DNA of 64,000 nucleotides from positions 6,373 through 70,372 of the forward strand of contig QCQJ01000004.1 in assembly GCA_003209585.1 (NCBI GenBank). The letters are read 5' to 3'. Under the pieces are notes generated by a model. That model was not told where the DNA came from. It saw only the letters and a program-made list of their open reading frames with translations, and searched no databases. Below are positions 21,179 through 30,656 of the stretch, one piece after another. The first letter of the stretch is position 1. Each line of letters opens with the position of its first letter. Position numbers and translations under genes: made by a program. The stretch comes from Prochlorococcus sp. AG-449-G23 (GTDB lineage: Bacteria > Cyanobacteriota > Cyanobacteriia > PCC-6307 > Cyanobiaceae).

Positions 21179-21237
21179 TATTACAATTCTTATATAAGAC
21201 TAAATACAAGTCTACTTAATAGTCCAATTTGAGATAC
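21176..21237 (+). repeat. ~62-bp element, copy A (TCTTATATAAGA-N23-degenerate palindrome)
   Basis: TAGTATTACAATTCTTATATAAGACTAAATACAAGTCTACTTAATAGTCCAATTTGAGATAC; begins at the stop codon of the RHH-J gene. Confidence 0.9.
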
Positions 21238-21361
21238 CTGAAATTTTAAAATTATTGATCTTTACAAATTATTTATTAGTAAATAATAATTGATCAATGT
21301 TTTTCGAATAAATGGAAATTAAAATAAATTTATTTTTAAGTATATAAATAATTTTATTGTG

Positions 21362-21418
21362 TAGTATTTCTTATATAAGACTCAATATTAGTCTATTAAA
21401 TAGTCTTAAATGAGATAC
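21362..21418 (+). repeat. ~57-bp element, copy B (direct repeat of A)
   Basis: TAGTATTTCTTATATAAGACTCAATATTAGTCTATTAAATAGTCTTAAATGAGATAC; 42/51 identical to A by manual alignment; offset 181 bp. Confidence 0.9.
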
Positions 21419-21579
21419 AAGATATATAAAAATCAATTTATTAAAAAATACCGAGATTTCTAAATACCCGATAAAAAACAAAAAAATAGATTAATAAATC
21501 AATAAATTATGTCCTTTCAATGTCCAAGAAAATAATTGCGTTTAAAAAGTATTGCTATAAAAGGGCTAAATGATTTAAC

Positions 21580-21600
21580 GTACTGCCTTAAAGACAGTAC
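21580..21600 (-). terminator. Hairpin at the 3' end of the 82-aa gene (possible terminator)
   Basis: Minus strand GTACTGTCT-TTA-AGGCAGTAC overlapping the stop codon; weak U-tail. Confidence 0.4.
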
Positions 21601-21848
21601 TACTTTGATTGAAGCTTTTGTATAGCAGTTAGCTTATCAATACTGGGAACATCTCTTAATCCGTTTACATCAAACCAAGGAGCGCTAGACCAATCAAACC
21701 CTTCTCCAAAAGTGTTATCAGGTGCGGCTATATACCAATGACATGAAGCATCAGGAACATCCACAGAACATTTTGACCAATCGTCGGACCACTGGGGAAC
21801 TTGTACCCAAAGTACTGAAGATAGCAATAGAGAAAGTAAATTGATCAT
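21600..21848 (-). CDS. Small secreted Trp/Asp-rich hypothetical protein with two Cys
   Basis: Signal-peptide-like MINLLSLLLSSVLW followed by QVPQWSDDWSKC..DVPD..CHWY..DNTFGEGFDW..APWF. Confidence 0.8.
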   Translation of the reverse strand: MINLLSLLLSSVLWVQVPQWSDDWSKCSVDVPDASCHWYIAAPDNTFGEGFDWSSAPWFDVNGLRDVPSIDKLTAIQKLQSK

Positions 21849-21891
21849 GTACTTTATAATACAATATTATTCAGTTTTATAGGATTATTAC

Positions 21892-21953
21892 ATATCTTAT
21901 ATAAGAATTATACATAGACTAGTATTGGGTCTTATATAAGAACAGTAATACTA
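21892..21953 (-). repeat. ~62-bp element, copy C (inverted relative to A and B)
   Basis: Reverse complement TAGTATTACTGTTCTTATATAAGACCCAATACTAGTCTATGTATAATTCTTATATAAGATAT; first 39 nt 34/39 identical to A; abuts the pheT stop codon. Confidence 0.9.
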
Positions 21954-24398
21954 TTAATTTCTTAATTTAGTATTAAAACATTTTTCAATTTTAGAAATTA
22001 TGTTTGAATGTATTGATGTAATGTCTGAGTCCAATAATGTTTTATCTTTATCTCTATAAGATAATCTAAATGTATAACTTATATGATCATCCCCGAGTTT
22101 AATATCTTCAAAAACATCAATTAAATATACATCTTCTAGCAGATTTTTTCCTGTTTTTCTTATTTGTGATGTTATTTCACTAATTAAAAATTTCTTACTG
22201 AAAACAAAATTTATATCCCTTTCCATTTTCGGAACAATTGGGTATTGCTTAAATACTGGAATCCATTTATTTTTTCTTGTACTAGCTTCTATGATTTGAT
22301 CTACATTTATATTAAATAAATAAACTTTTTTTAATGACTTCTTTTCTAATAATAATTTGGGATGAATTTCACCAAAATAACCTGCATTTTTTCCTTCGAT
22401 AATTAATTTGGCTGTTCTTCCTGGATGAAGATAGTCAATTGAATCTGTAGGTTTATCATCAATTTTTATATTAAAACATGATAAGGCTTCCTTTAACTTT
22501 CCTCTAGCCTGATAATAATTTAGATCATTATCCTTACCCGAACTTACCCATTTCCCAAATTTTTTATTTCCATAAATTGCACCATTCAGTACTTCTTCTT
22601 GAATGAACTCGGTATTCTTATGAAAAACATTTCCAATTTCAAATATATAACAACTTGTTTGTCCAGCTTTTATATTGCGGTTTACAATCTCTAAATGCTC
22701 TTTCCAGATATTATCTCTTAGGCAGCTAGTTTCTAATAACAAAGGATTAGAAATCTTTATAAGTGTTTCTTTATCTTCTGGAACAAGAGAGTAACTAAGT
22801 ACCTCGTTAAAACCATTTTCAGTAAAACCATTTTTTACTTTTCTCAATGCCAATTGTTCTGATGACAATTTTCCAGGCTTAATTGGACTAGGAAGGTTCA
22901 AGTCGAATTTGTCATACCCTATTAATCTCGCAATTTCTTCAATTAAATCTATTTCTCTTGTTAAATCTTGTGATCTATTAGGAATTACTGCTACATCCCA
23001 GCCATATTCTTTACTCTTTAAAGTACAACCTATGAGTGTTAATTTACCAACTATTTCTGTATCAGATAAATTTCTTTTTTCAAATTGATCGTCAATGATT
23101 AATGGACCAAGAATTTTATGTATTCGATTTCTCCGTAATTTAATAAAAATATCCTCATTATTTATTAAATTCGAAGTATTGATGATTGGTAAATTAATAG
23201 AAAAATATTCTTCTAAAAGATTAATTGCCCTAGTAACTGCACTTATTGTATTTTTGGACGAAATGCCTTTTTCATATCTGCTGCTAGATTCTGTTCTAAT
23301 GCCAACCTCTTTTGAAGATTTTCTTATAGTAACTGGATTAAAAACAGCGCCTTCAAGGTAAATAGAAGAGGTAGTATTGGTTACAGAAGTCTCTAAACCG
23401 CCAATAACCCCAGCAATAGCAACAGGTTTATCGCAACAAGTAACTACTGTAATATTTTCATTTAATTCATATTTTTTACCATCTAAACATACAAGGCTTT
23501 CGTTATCATTGGCTTTCCGTACAGAGAAGTCTTGTGGAGAAACTGCCTTTCCAATTAAGTTGGATAGTTTTTCTTTGTCAAACGCATGCAAAGGTTGTCC
23601 TTGTTCTAAAAGAATATAGTTTGTTAAATCAACTAGAAGATTAATCGACTTTATACCTGATTTTTCTATACGGTCTTTAAGCCATTTTGGCGATAATTTA
23701 TCTCCATTGACTCCATCAATGCAGCTTATTGTATAAACGCAATTAGATGTTATGGCCTCTGGGCAAAGTTTAATACTCTTAAGTAAACGTTTATTGTATT
23801 TATGGTTTATTTCTGGAAAACTTAATGTGGATTCTAAAAGGGCAGAAATTTCACGGGCTATACCCATAACCGACATTCCGTCAGGCCTATTAGCTGTAAT
23901 GGCTAAATCATATATAAAATCATTTAATTGAAGCAAATCAGACCCTGGAGCTCCCAGTTCATGTTTTAAGGCTAAATCTTCATCAATTATCTCTATCCCT
24001 TCGCTAGAGTCTTCTAATCCTAATTCCTGCAGAGAGCATATCATTCCTTCACTCATGACACCTCTAATTTCACTTCGTTTAATAGTTAAATCAACTGCAT
24101 TTAATTTCGCACCGACAGTGGCAACATAAACATAAATATTTGGTTTAATATTGCGAGCACCACAGATAATTTGTAACTTCTTTGAAGTACCAATATCAAC
24201 TTGGCATATTGAAAGTTTATCAGATCCTTCGTGTTTTAAAACAGATAAAACCTTACCTAAAACAACACCATTTACATTTTCTGAACAATCTTCTAATGAT
24301 TCAACCTCAAATCCACCAATAGACAATTTCTCAGAGAGATCTTCAGGAGTAGATGTAATTTCTACTAAATTTCTTAACCAATTTTGAGAAACTTTCAT
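21954..24398 (-). CDS. pheT: Phenylalanyl-tRNA synthetase beta subunit
   Basis: ICGARN, RGVMSEGMICS, ITANRPD, REIDLIEEIARLIGYD, C-terminal FDX-ACB domain. Confidence 0.97.
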   Translation of the reverse strand: MKVSQNWLRNLVEITSTPEDLSEKLSIGGFEVESLEDCSENVNGVVLGKVLSVLKHEGSDKLSICQVDIGTSKKLQIICGARNIKPNIYVYVATVGAKLNAVDLTIKRSEIRGVMSEGMICSLQELGLEDSSEGIEIIDEDLALKHELGAPGSDLLQLNDFIYDLAITANRPDGMSVMGIAREISALLESTLSFPEINHKYNKRLLKSIKLCPEAITSNCVYTISCIDGVNGDKLSPKWLKDRIEKSGIKSINLLVDLTNYILLEQGQPLHAFDKEKLSNLIGKAVSPQDFSVRKANDNESLVCLDGKKYELNENITVVTCCDKPVAIAGVIGGLETSVTNTTSSIYLEGAVFNPVTIRKSSKEVGIRTESSSRYEKGISSKNTISAVTRAINLLEEYFSINLPIINTSNLINNEDIFIKLRRNRIHKILGPLIIDDQFEKRNLSDTEIVGKLTLIGCTLKSKEYGWDVAVIPNRSQDLTREIDLIEEIARLIGYDKFDLNLPSPIKPGKLSSEQLALRKVKNGFTENGFNEVLSYSLVPEDKETLIKISNPLLLETSCLRDNIWKEHLEIVNRNIKAGQTSCYIFEIGNVFHKNTEFIQEEVLNGAIYGNKKFGKWVSSGKDNDLNYYQARGKLKEALSCFNIKIDDKPTDSIDYLHPGRTAKLIIEGKNAGYFGEIHPKLLLEKKSLKKVYLFNINVDQIIEASTRKNKWIPVFKQYPIVPKMERDINFVFSKKFLISEITSQIRKTGKNLLEDVYLIDVFEDIKLGDDHISYTFRLSYRDKDKTLLDSDITSIHSNIISKIEKCFNTKLRN

Positions 24399-24498
24399 AT
24401 ATATTTTTAACCAATGATGATAAATGAAATGAGTATATCTTCAAAAAAGTTTGTTGAAGATGTACAATAGAAAATTATACAATAAAGTATTAATTAAA

Positions 24499-24693
24499 AT
24501 GGCCAAAAAAGGGACAAGAGTTGTAGTGACCCTGGAATGTACTGAAGCTAGGACAAGCACAGATCCTAAGAGATCAAATGGTGTATCAAGATATACTACT
24601 GAAAAGAATCGTAGAAATACAACTGAAAGATTAGAACTAAAAAAGTTTAATCCTCATTTAAACAGAATGACAATTCACAAAGAAATAAAGTAA
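24499..24693 (+). CDS. rpmG: 50S ribosomal protein L33 (start refined to MAKKG)
   Basis: [16 protein letters not shown]...[22 protein letters not shown]. Confidence 0.95.
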   Translation: MAKKGTRVVVTLECTEARTSTDPKRSNGVSRYTTEKNRRNTTERLELKKFNPHLNRMTIHKEIK

Positions 24694-24710
24694 CCAAATC
24701 AAATTTAATC

Positions 24711-24932
24711 ATGCCTAATTCAATTTTCAAAAAACAATTATCTCCTATCAAGCCTGGAGATCCTATCGATTATAAGGATGTAGAACTTCTAAAAAAATTT
24801 ATAACTGAGAGGGGTAAAATCCTGCCAAGAAGGATGACTGGTTTAACCTCAAAGCAACAAAGAGATCTTACATTAGCTGTAAAAAGAGCCAGAATTGTTG
24901 CACTTTTACCATTCGTAAATCCTGAAGGATAA
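24711..24932 (+). CDS. rpsR: 30S ribosomal protein S18
   Basis: [26 protein letters not shown]. Confidence 0.97.
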   Translation: MPNSIFKKQLSPIKPGDPIDYKDVELLKKFITERGKILPRRMTGLTSKQQRDLTLAVKRARIVALLPFVNPEG

Positions 24933-24977
24933 TTTATTATTGAATATAGTTGACTCTATAATTGATATTTCAAATAT

Positions 24978-26162
24978 TTGAAAGATTTAACTAATTTAAA
25001 AACATATATTATTGACTCTGATGATCCACATGAGGTGGATGACGCTATTTCTTTAGAAATAAAAGAAGGAAATATAAAAAATTTATGGATTCATATTAGT
25101 AATCCATGCAAACTATTTTTGCATGACTCTAATGTTGATTTAGATGCAAGAAGGAGAAATAGCAGTTTATATTTAATTGATCAATATATCCCTATGTTAC
25201 CTAAAGATATTCTTGAGAAGGCAAATCTAGCTCAAAATAAAATTTCAGAAACTATTAGTGCTGCAATAGAATTTAATGAAGATGGATCAATAAATAATTA
25301 TGAAATAATTGAAGCAATAATTAAACCAAAATATCAATTAACTTATGAAGATGCAAATGAAATATTAGAATTAGAACCTAAAGAAGAAATTGAATTAATT
25401 CAGATTAAAAATTTATTAGAAAAAAGTATTACATTCAGAAAGAAACAAGGAGCAATTATTTTTGATAGTCCCAATAGTAAAATTAAATTATATAATGATA
25501 AAGTTATACTTAATAAATTAGAGAAAACAATATCACAAATTATAGTTGCAGAATCAATGATATTAATGGGTTATGTAACTAGTTTATTTATAAATAAATA
25601 TAATTTAGCAGGTGCATTTAGGATTCAGAAACTAAATTGTAATCCATCTGAAATACTTAGTAGATATAATGATAGTGAAATTAAATATATAATATTAAAA
25701 CAATATATGGGAAGAAGTTATATAACAACTAAGCCCGGAATCCATGAATCATTAGGCCTTAAAATGTATGTACAATGTACTTCACCATTGAGAAGATATC
25801 TTGATTTAATTGTACAAAGACAAGTTTATAATAAAATCAATAATTACGAACTTCTAAGTATAAATTCAGTCTCAAAGATTATTGATTATTCAAAGAATAG
25901 ACAAACTGAGAATAATAATATTTTTAAAAATGATAAATTTAAGTATTTATCATTATTTTTTAAGAATGAAAATAAATCTTTTTATAAAATAATATTTGTT
26001 AAGTGGATTAATCATAAAAAAAATATTGCTTTGGTTTATTTTCCAGATTATTCACTAGAAATACTTATTACTCTTTTTGTATCAATAGAAATATATAGTA
26101 ATAAAATATATAAAGTTAAATATATAATAAATGATAGTAATCTTTTAGAGTTTATTTATTAA
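24978..26162 (+). CDS. RNase II/RNB-family exoribonuclease, minimal (essentially catalytic domain only)
   Basis: IDSDDPHEVDDAIS, LWIHIS, HESLGL..Y...TSPLRRYLDL. Confidence 0.85.
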   Translation: MKDLTNLKTYIIDSDDPHEVDDAISLEIKEGNIKNLWIHISNPCKLFLHDSNVDLDARRRNSSLYLIDQYIPMLPKDILEKANLAQNKISETISAAIEFNEDGSINNYEIIEAIIKPKYQLTYEDANEILELEPKEEIELIQIKNLLEKSITFRKKQGAIIFDSPNSKIKLYNDKVILNKLEKTISQIIVAESMILMGYVTSLFINKYNLAGAFRIQKLNCNPSEILSRYNDSEIKYIILKQYMGRSYITTKPGIHESLGLKMYVQCTSPLRRYLDLIVQRQVYNKINNYELLSINSVSKIIDYSKNRQTENNNIFKNDKFKYLSLFFKNENKSFYKIIFVKWINHKKNIALVYFPDYSLEILITLFVSIEIYSNKIYKVKYIINDSNLLEFIY

Positions 26163-26231
26163 TAATATAATAAATATAATAGGTTGTTATTAGTTTAAAA
26201 AATATCTGTTAGTATTAATAAAAAAAGCTTT

Positions 26232-27779
26232 ATGACATTTGTCATTACTACACCTTTATACTATGTTAATGATAAACCTCATTTAGGAAGTGTATATACA
26301 ACAATAATTTGTGACTCAATAGCCAGGTATAAAAGGCTCGTAGGTGAAGATGTTATTTTCATCACAGGTGTTGATGAACATGGTTTAAAAATACAAAGAA
26401 CAGCTAATGAAAAGGGTATTGAACCAAAATCACATTGTGATGAAATCTCAAAAATCTTTAATATTAATTGGAAAAACTGGAATATATCCTTTGATAAATT
26501 TATAAGAACAAGCTCTAAAAATCATGAATTTGTTGTTAATGAATTTTATGAAAGAGTAAAAGAATCAGATGATATCTATATGGGAGTTCAAAAAGGCTGG
26601 TATTGTGTCGGTTGTGAAGAATTTAAAGATAATCCAGAAAACTTATCAACATACAAATGTCCAATACATCAAAAAAATCTAGAATGGAAAAATGAAGAGA
26701 ATCTCTTTTTTAGGCTTTCGAAATATCAAAAAGAAATTGAGAAAATAATCAACGAACCATCATTTATAGAGCCAATAGAAAGAAAGAATGAAATTATAAA
26801 TTTTGTTTCTAGAGGTTTAAAGGATTTTTCAATTTCAAGAACGAATGTCTCATGGGGAATTCCTGTCCCTGGCTACGATAACCATACCTTTTATGTATGG
26901 TTTGATGCTTTACTTGGATATGTAAGTGCCATTAGTTCTGATGCAACAGATCATTCATTGGAGAAATCAATTAAAGGGGGATGGCCAGCTGATGTTCATT
27001 TGATTGGTAAAGATATACTGAGGTTCCATGCTGTATATTGGCCTGCAATGCTTATTTCTGCCAATATGAAAGTTCCTAAGAAAGTTTTTGGGCATGGGTT
27101 TCTTACAAGAGAGGGGCAAAAAATGGGTAAAAGCTTGGGAAATGTACTCGACCCTGACATATTGCTTTCAAAATATGGAAATGATCCTGTAAGGTGGTAC
27201 CTCATTAAAGACATCTCACTAGGAAATGATGGAGATTTTCAAGATAAAAGATTTGTTGACATTATCAATAATGACCTTGCCAATACAATTGGTAATTTAT
27301 TAAATAGAACCTCATCTATGTCTAGAAAATGGTTTGATAATAAAGTGCCAAATAATGAAAAAAAATTTTTAAGTGACAATAAATTGGAGAATTATGCCAA
27401 AATTACAGTTGAAAAATATATTCATAACTTTGATATTTACAAATTAGATCTAGCAGCTAATGAAGTGCTTAGCCTAGCTATTAATACAAATTTGTATTTG
27501 AATGATAATCAGCCATGGATGTTAATAAAAGAAAAAGATAATCTACCTCTAGTTAAAGAAATTATTTATAACGTATTAGAAAGCACCCGAATAATAGGAT
27601 TATTATTACTACCTTTATTACCCGAATTATCTACAAAAATTAATGAACAACTTGGTTCTATATACAGAGAAGAAATTCCTTGGAAACACCAATTAAGTTG
27701 GGGATTATTAGTTAGTAATTCAAGTCTTCCTAAACCCACTCCAATCATAAATAAACTGGAGTATGAGCAACATTTTTAG
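26232..27779 (+). CDS. metG: Methionyl-tRNA synthetase
   Basis: ITTPLYYVNDKPHLGS, YVWFDAL, GKDILRFH, KMGKS. Confidence 0.97.
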   Translation: MTFVITTPLYYVNDKPHLGSVYTTIICDSIARYKRLVGEDVIFITGVDEHGLKIQRTANEKGIEPKSHCDEISKIFNINWKNWNISFDKFIRTSSKNHEFVVNEFYERVKESDDIYMGVQKGWYCVGCEEFKDNPENLSTYKCPIHQKNLEWKNEENLFFRLSKYQKEIEKIINEPSFIEPIERKNEIINFVSRGLKDFSISRTNVSWGIPVPGYDNHTFYVWFDALLGYVSAISSDATDHSLEKSIKGGWPADVHLIGKDILRFHAVYWPAMLISANMKVPKKVFGHGFLTREGQKMGKSLGNVLDPDILLSKYGNDPVRWYLIKDISLGNDGDFQDKRFVDIINNDLANTIGNLLNRTSSMSRKWFDNKVPNNEKKFLSDNKLENYAKITVEKYIHNFDIYKLDLAANEVLSLAINTNLYLNDNQPWMLIKEKDNLPLVKEIIYNVLESTRIIGLLLLPLLPELSTKINEQLGSIYREEIPWKHQLSWGLLVSNSSLPKPTPIINKLEYEQHF

Positions 27780-28386
27780 ATTAATAATTTTCCTTCCATT
27801 TTTTATGCTTGGTTGTTCCCCAAATCTAATTAATGAAAATAAATTAATACAAAAAATAGACAGTTTAGATATGAATATTTTCTCTAAAGGGGGAGATAAA
27901 ATATATTCAATTACCAGTCCTAATTCAAGTTATAACCATATTGAATTAAAATTTGAATTGAAAAAACCTATTATTAATATTTTCAATGGTGAAAAAACTA
28001 AATACATTATTAGTTCAGAAGAATCAACACTATCAGATAGCAATAAACTCCTCAAATTGAAAGGGAATGTTAAATTAAAAACCCTTAAAAAAGATGAGGA
28101 TATTTTATATGCTGATAATTTTATTTGGAATATTGAAAAGACTAAGTATCTATTAGAGGGTAATATAAGATTTGAGAATCAAAATGTCATTTTAAATTCA
28201 GAAAAAGCCATATTGGATTCAGATAACATAATTGAATTTTTCAATCCAGTAAAATATATAATAAAAGATAAAAATAACGATAATAAATATGAAATAAATT
28301 CAGAAAATGCTTACTATAATTTAAATACTGAATCAGTAAGTTTTAAAGCAAAAGATAAAAGAGTTAAATCAATAATTTATTTTTAA
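27763..28386 (+). CDS. lptC: LPS export periplasmic protein LptC (lipoprotein-like)
   Basis: Lipobox-like MLGC; beta-jellyroll repeats (LKGNVKL, LYADNFIW, LEGNIRF). Confidence 0.7.
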   Translation: MSNIFRLIIFLPFFMLGCSPNLINENKLIQKIDSLDMNIFSKGGDKIYSITSPNSSYNHIELKFELKKPIINIFNGEKTKYIISSEESTLSDSNKLLKLKGNVKLKTLKKDEDILYADNFIWNIEKTKYLLEGNIRFENQNVILNSEKAILDSDNIIEFFNPVKYIIKDKNNDNKYEINSENAYYNLNTESVSFKAKDKRVKSIIYF

Positions 28387-29009
28387 ATATTATTTTTTGA
28401 AAAAATATTATTTATTTTTTTCGACCAGTTTTTTATCCATTTTTCATCAGACTTAGTAAAACATTTAGTACTCCAGCCTCCTATCAATATAAAAGCCTTA
28501 TTATTTATAGGTACTACCAGGATTGATGGAATATCGGAACAAAAATTAAAAAATTCATCTTTTCCCGGATAAAATTTAGTGTTTGCCAATGATATTAATT
28601 TCATATCTTTTATAGATCTCAGACAAGTTTCCCCAGGTTTAAACTCATTACTTGATGTGATTCCTCTTCTCAATATATTTGCGCCATTATTGTGGATTAA
28701 TATAGCTGCTGCTGCTGTTGAAGTTAATATCGCTTCAGAACCCCATGCAAGTTCATCAATAACTTCATCTGGAATGTTTCTATCGAAGAGAAACTTATTT
28801 TCTCCTTTTAAATCAACTTTCTCACCAGCTAAAGGTTCGAATTGTTTAAATAAAAAACCTATCAAAATAATAATTAATGAGGCTATTGCAGCTAATACTT
28901 GTGCTCTTTCAAGCTCAGGAGTAATTGTTTCTATTGAAATAAAATTTGCTAACTGAAAAATAAAGAGTATTGCACCGACTAATATTAATGATTTCCCATT
29001 GAATCCCAT
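28383..29009 (-). CDS. Cytochrome b6 heme-c(i) assembly factor, CCB2/CCB4 family
   Basis: Two N-terminal TMs; ELAWGSEAILTST, LANTKFYPG, FTKSDEKWI. Confidence 0.75.
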   Translation of the reverse strand: MGFNGKSLILVGAILFIFQLANFISIETITPELERAQVLAAIASLIIILIGFLFKQFEPLAGEKVDLKGENKFLFDRNIPDEVIDELAWGSEAILTSTAAAAILIHNNGANILRRGITSSNEFKPGETCLRSIKDMKLISLANTKFYPGKDEFFNFCSDIPSILVVPINNKAFILIGGWSTKCFTKSDEKWIKNWSKKINNIFSKNNI

Positions 29010-29118
29010 ATATTAAATATGTTAATCCTATTTAAATTATGCAAATATTATATGGTTTAGTACATTTAAAATTACTCAAACATATGGTTTTTAATATATA
29101 ATTAACCAAAACCTTAAA

Positions 29119-29430
29119 ATGAAACTAAACATAAATAAACAAATACTTCCGCTTATCGTTACTGGTTTAATATTTATTCTTATTCCCTCGACTACTTACG
29201 CAAAAGAAATTAGTAGTATAAATAAAATTTTTGGTATTACACAACAGAAGACTATTATAAATTACGAAAAAAGTCAGCCTTCATCCATTGACAACCCTGT
29301 AGTGGATCCAAATTTTAACACTATGAGATCAAAAGATACTCAGAGTTCAACTGCTACTTATATAGTTATTGGTTTGTTAATTGCTGCCACAATTATTCCC
29401 TTAGCAACATGGTGGTATTTCTCTAAATAA
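29119..29430 (+). CDS. Hypothetical membrane protein
   Basis: Signal peptide plus C-terminal TM ending ATIIPLATWWYFSK. Confidence 0.65.
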   Translation: MKLNINKQILPLIVTGLIFILIPSTTYAKEISSINKIFGITQQKTIINYEKSQPSSIDNPVVDPNFNTMRSKDTQSSTATYIVIGLLIAATIIPLATWWYFSK

Positions 29431-29440
29431 TAGAGAATTT

Positions 29441-30001
29441 ATGAATGCTAAGGATTTAATTATCAAAGACACTATTTCTCAAATTATTTTTATTACAGGA
29501 GGAACTAAGAGTGGCAAAAGTGAATTCGCAGAACACTTGGCAAAGAAACTAAAAACTTTATCTTATGTGGCCTTATCTGAAAAAAATATTGAGGATAAAG
29601 AATGGCAAAAAAGAATTCTTCTACATCGAAAAAGAAGGCCAAATAATTGGAAATTAATAGAAACGACAGATCTTTTAAATACGTTAAATAAGGAAGATGG
29701 TCCATTATTAATAGATTCAATTGGTGGATTTGTTATGGAAAGTATTGGGAAAGGGGATAATGAATGGTCAACAATGATGAATTTACTAACAAGTCTTTTA
29801 ATAAAAAGAAAAAGCATAACAATTATTGTTGGAGAACAAGTAGGTTGGAGTCTGGTTTCTGAGTATAAAATTGGTAATACTTATATTGAAAGAATCGGCG
29901 AGCTTCAAAAGACAATAACCAAAATATCAAAAGATAATTGGCTTGCAATAAACGGCAGAGCAATCAAAATTGATGAAATAAGTATAGAAATACCTACTTA
30001 A
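29441..30001 (+). CDS. cobU: Adenosylcobinamide kinase/cobinamide-phosphate guanylyltransferase
   Basis: ITGGTKSGKSEFAE P-loop, EWQKRILLHRKRRP..W, EQVGWSLV. Confidence 0.9.
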   Translation: MNAKDLIIKDTISQIIFITGGTKSGKSEFAEHLAKKLKTLSYVALSEKNIEDKEWQKRILLHRKRRPNNWKLIETTDLLNTLNKEDGPLLIDSIGGFVMESIGKGDNEWSTMMNLLTSLLIKRKSITIIVGEQVGWSLVSEYKIGNTYIERIGELQKTITKISKDNWLAINGRAIKIDEISIEIPT

Positions 30002-30003
30002 AA

Positions 30004-30486
30004 TTGGAAGTCGCTCTTTTTGAACCCAGAATCCCTCAAAATACTGGTAATATTGCCAGATCATGTGCTGCATTTAACATACCATTAAATCTTATAGAGC
30101 CATTAGGTTTTAAACTAGAAGATAAATATTTAAAAAGAGCAGGATTAGATTATTGGCCTCTAGTTACTGTAAAAAAGTATGGGAATTTTGATAAATTTTT
30201 GTCGTCAAAAGCAACAAAAAGAATAATTTCTTTTAGTAAAAAAAATGGTATATATTTAAAGGATTTTAAATTTCAGGAAGATGATATTTTGCTATTTGGG
30301 AGAGAAGATAAAGGATTACCAAATTGCATTATTGATAAAAGCGACTTTTTAATATCAATATTTATGCCAAATTTACACACTGGAAATAATGATCAAAAAG
30401 GTGTTAGGAGTCTAAATCTTTCCGTAGCATGCGGTATCGCCATATATGAGGCCCATAAACAAATAAATTTTCAAAATGGTAATTAA
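30004..30486 (+). CDS. trmL: tRNA (cytidine34-2'-O)-methyltransferase
   Basis: PRIPQNTGNIARSC, KRAGLDYW, LLFGRE..GLP, RSLNLS. Confidence 0.93.
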   Translation: MEVALFEPRIPQNTGNIARSCAAFNIPLNLIEPLGFKLEDKYLKRAGLDYWPLVTVKKYGNFDKFLSSKATKRIISFSKKNGIYLKDFKFQEDDILLFGREDKGLPNCIIDKSDFLISIFMPNLHTGNNDQKGVRSLNLSVACGIAIYEAHKQINFQNGN

Positions 30487-30515
30487 GTACAACCAATGCC
30501 TTACAATATTTCCAT

Positions 30516-30589
<74 letters not shown>

Positions 30590-30656
30590 TTATCAAAACT
30601 AATCGATTGAAGAATCTAGGTGAAATTTTAATTGACTTAAACTACTACAGACAATA

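Noticed and set aside
21343-21350. T4-like late promoter TATAAATA
   Set aside because: Expected by chance in AT-rich DNA and no phage context.
21176-21953. Repeats as a CRISPR array or integron attC cassettes
   Set aside because: Only three copies with irregular spacing and one inverted; no cas or intI genes; no clear RYYYAAC/GTTRRRY boundaries.
26232-27779. metG with HLGS and KMGKS instead of HIGH and KMSKS
   Set aside because: A usual variant in cyanobacterial MetRS, not evidence of inactivation.
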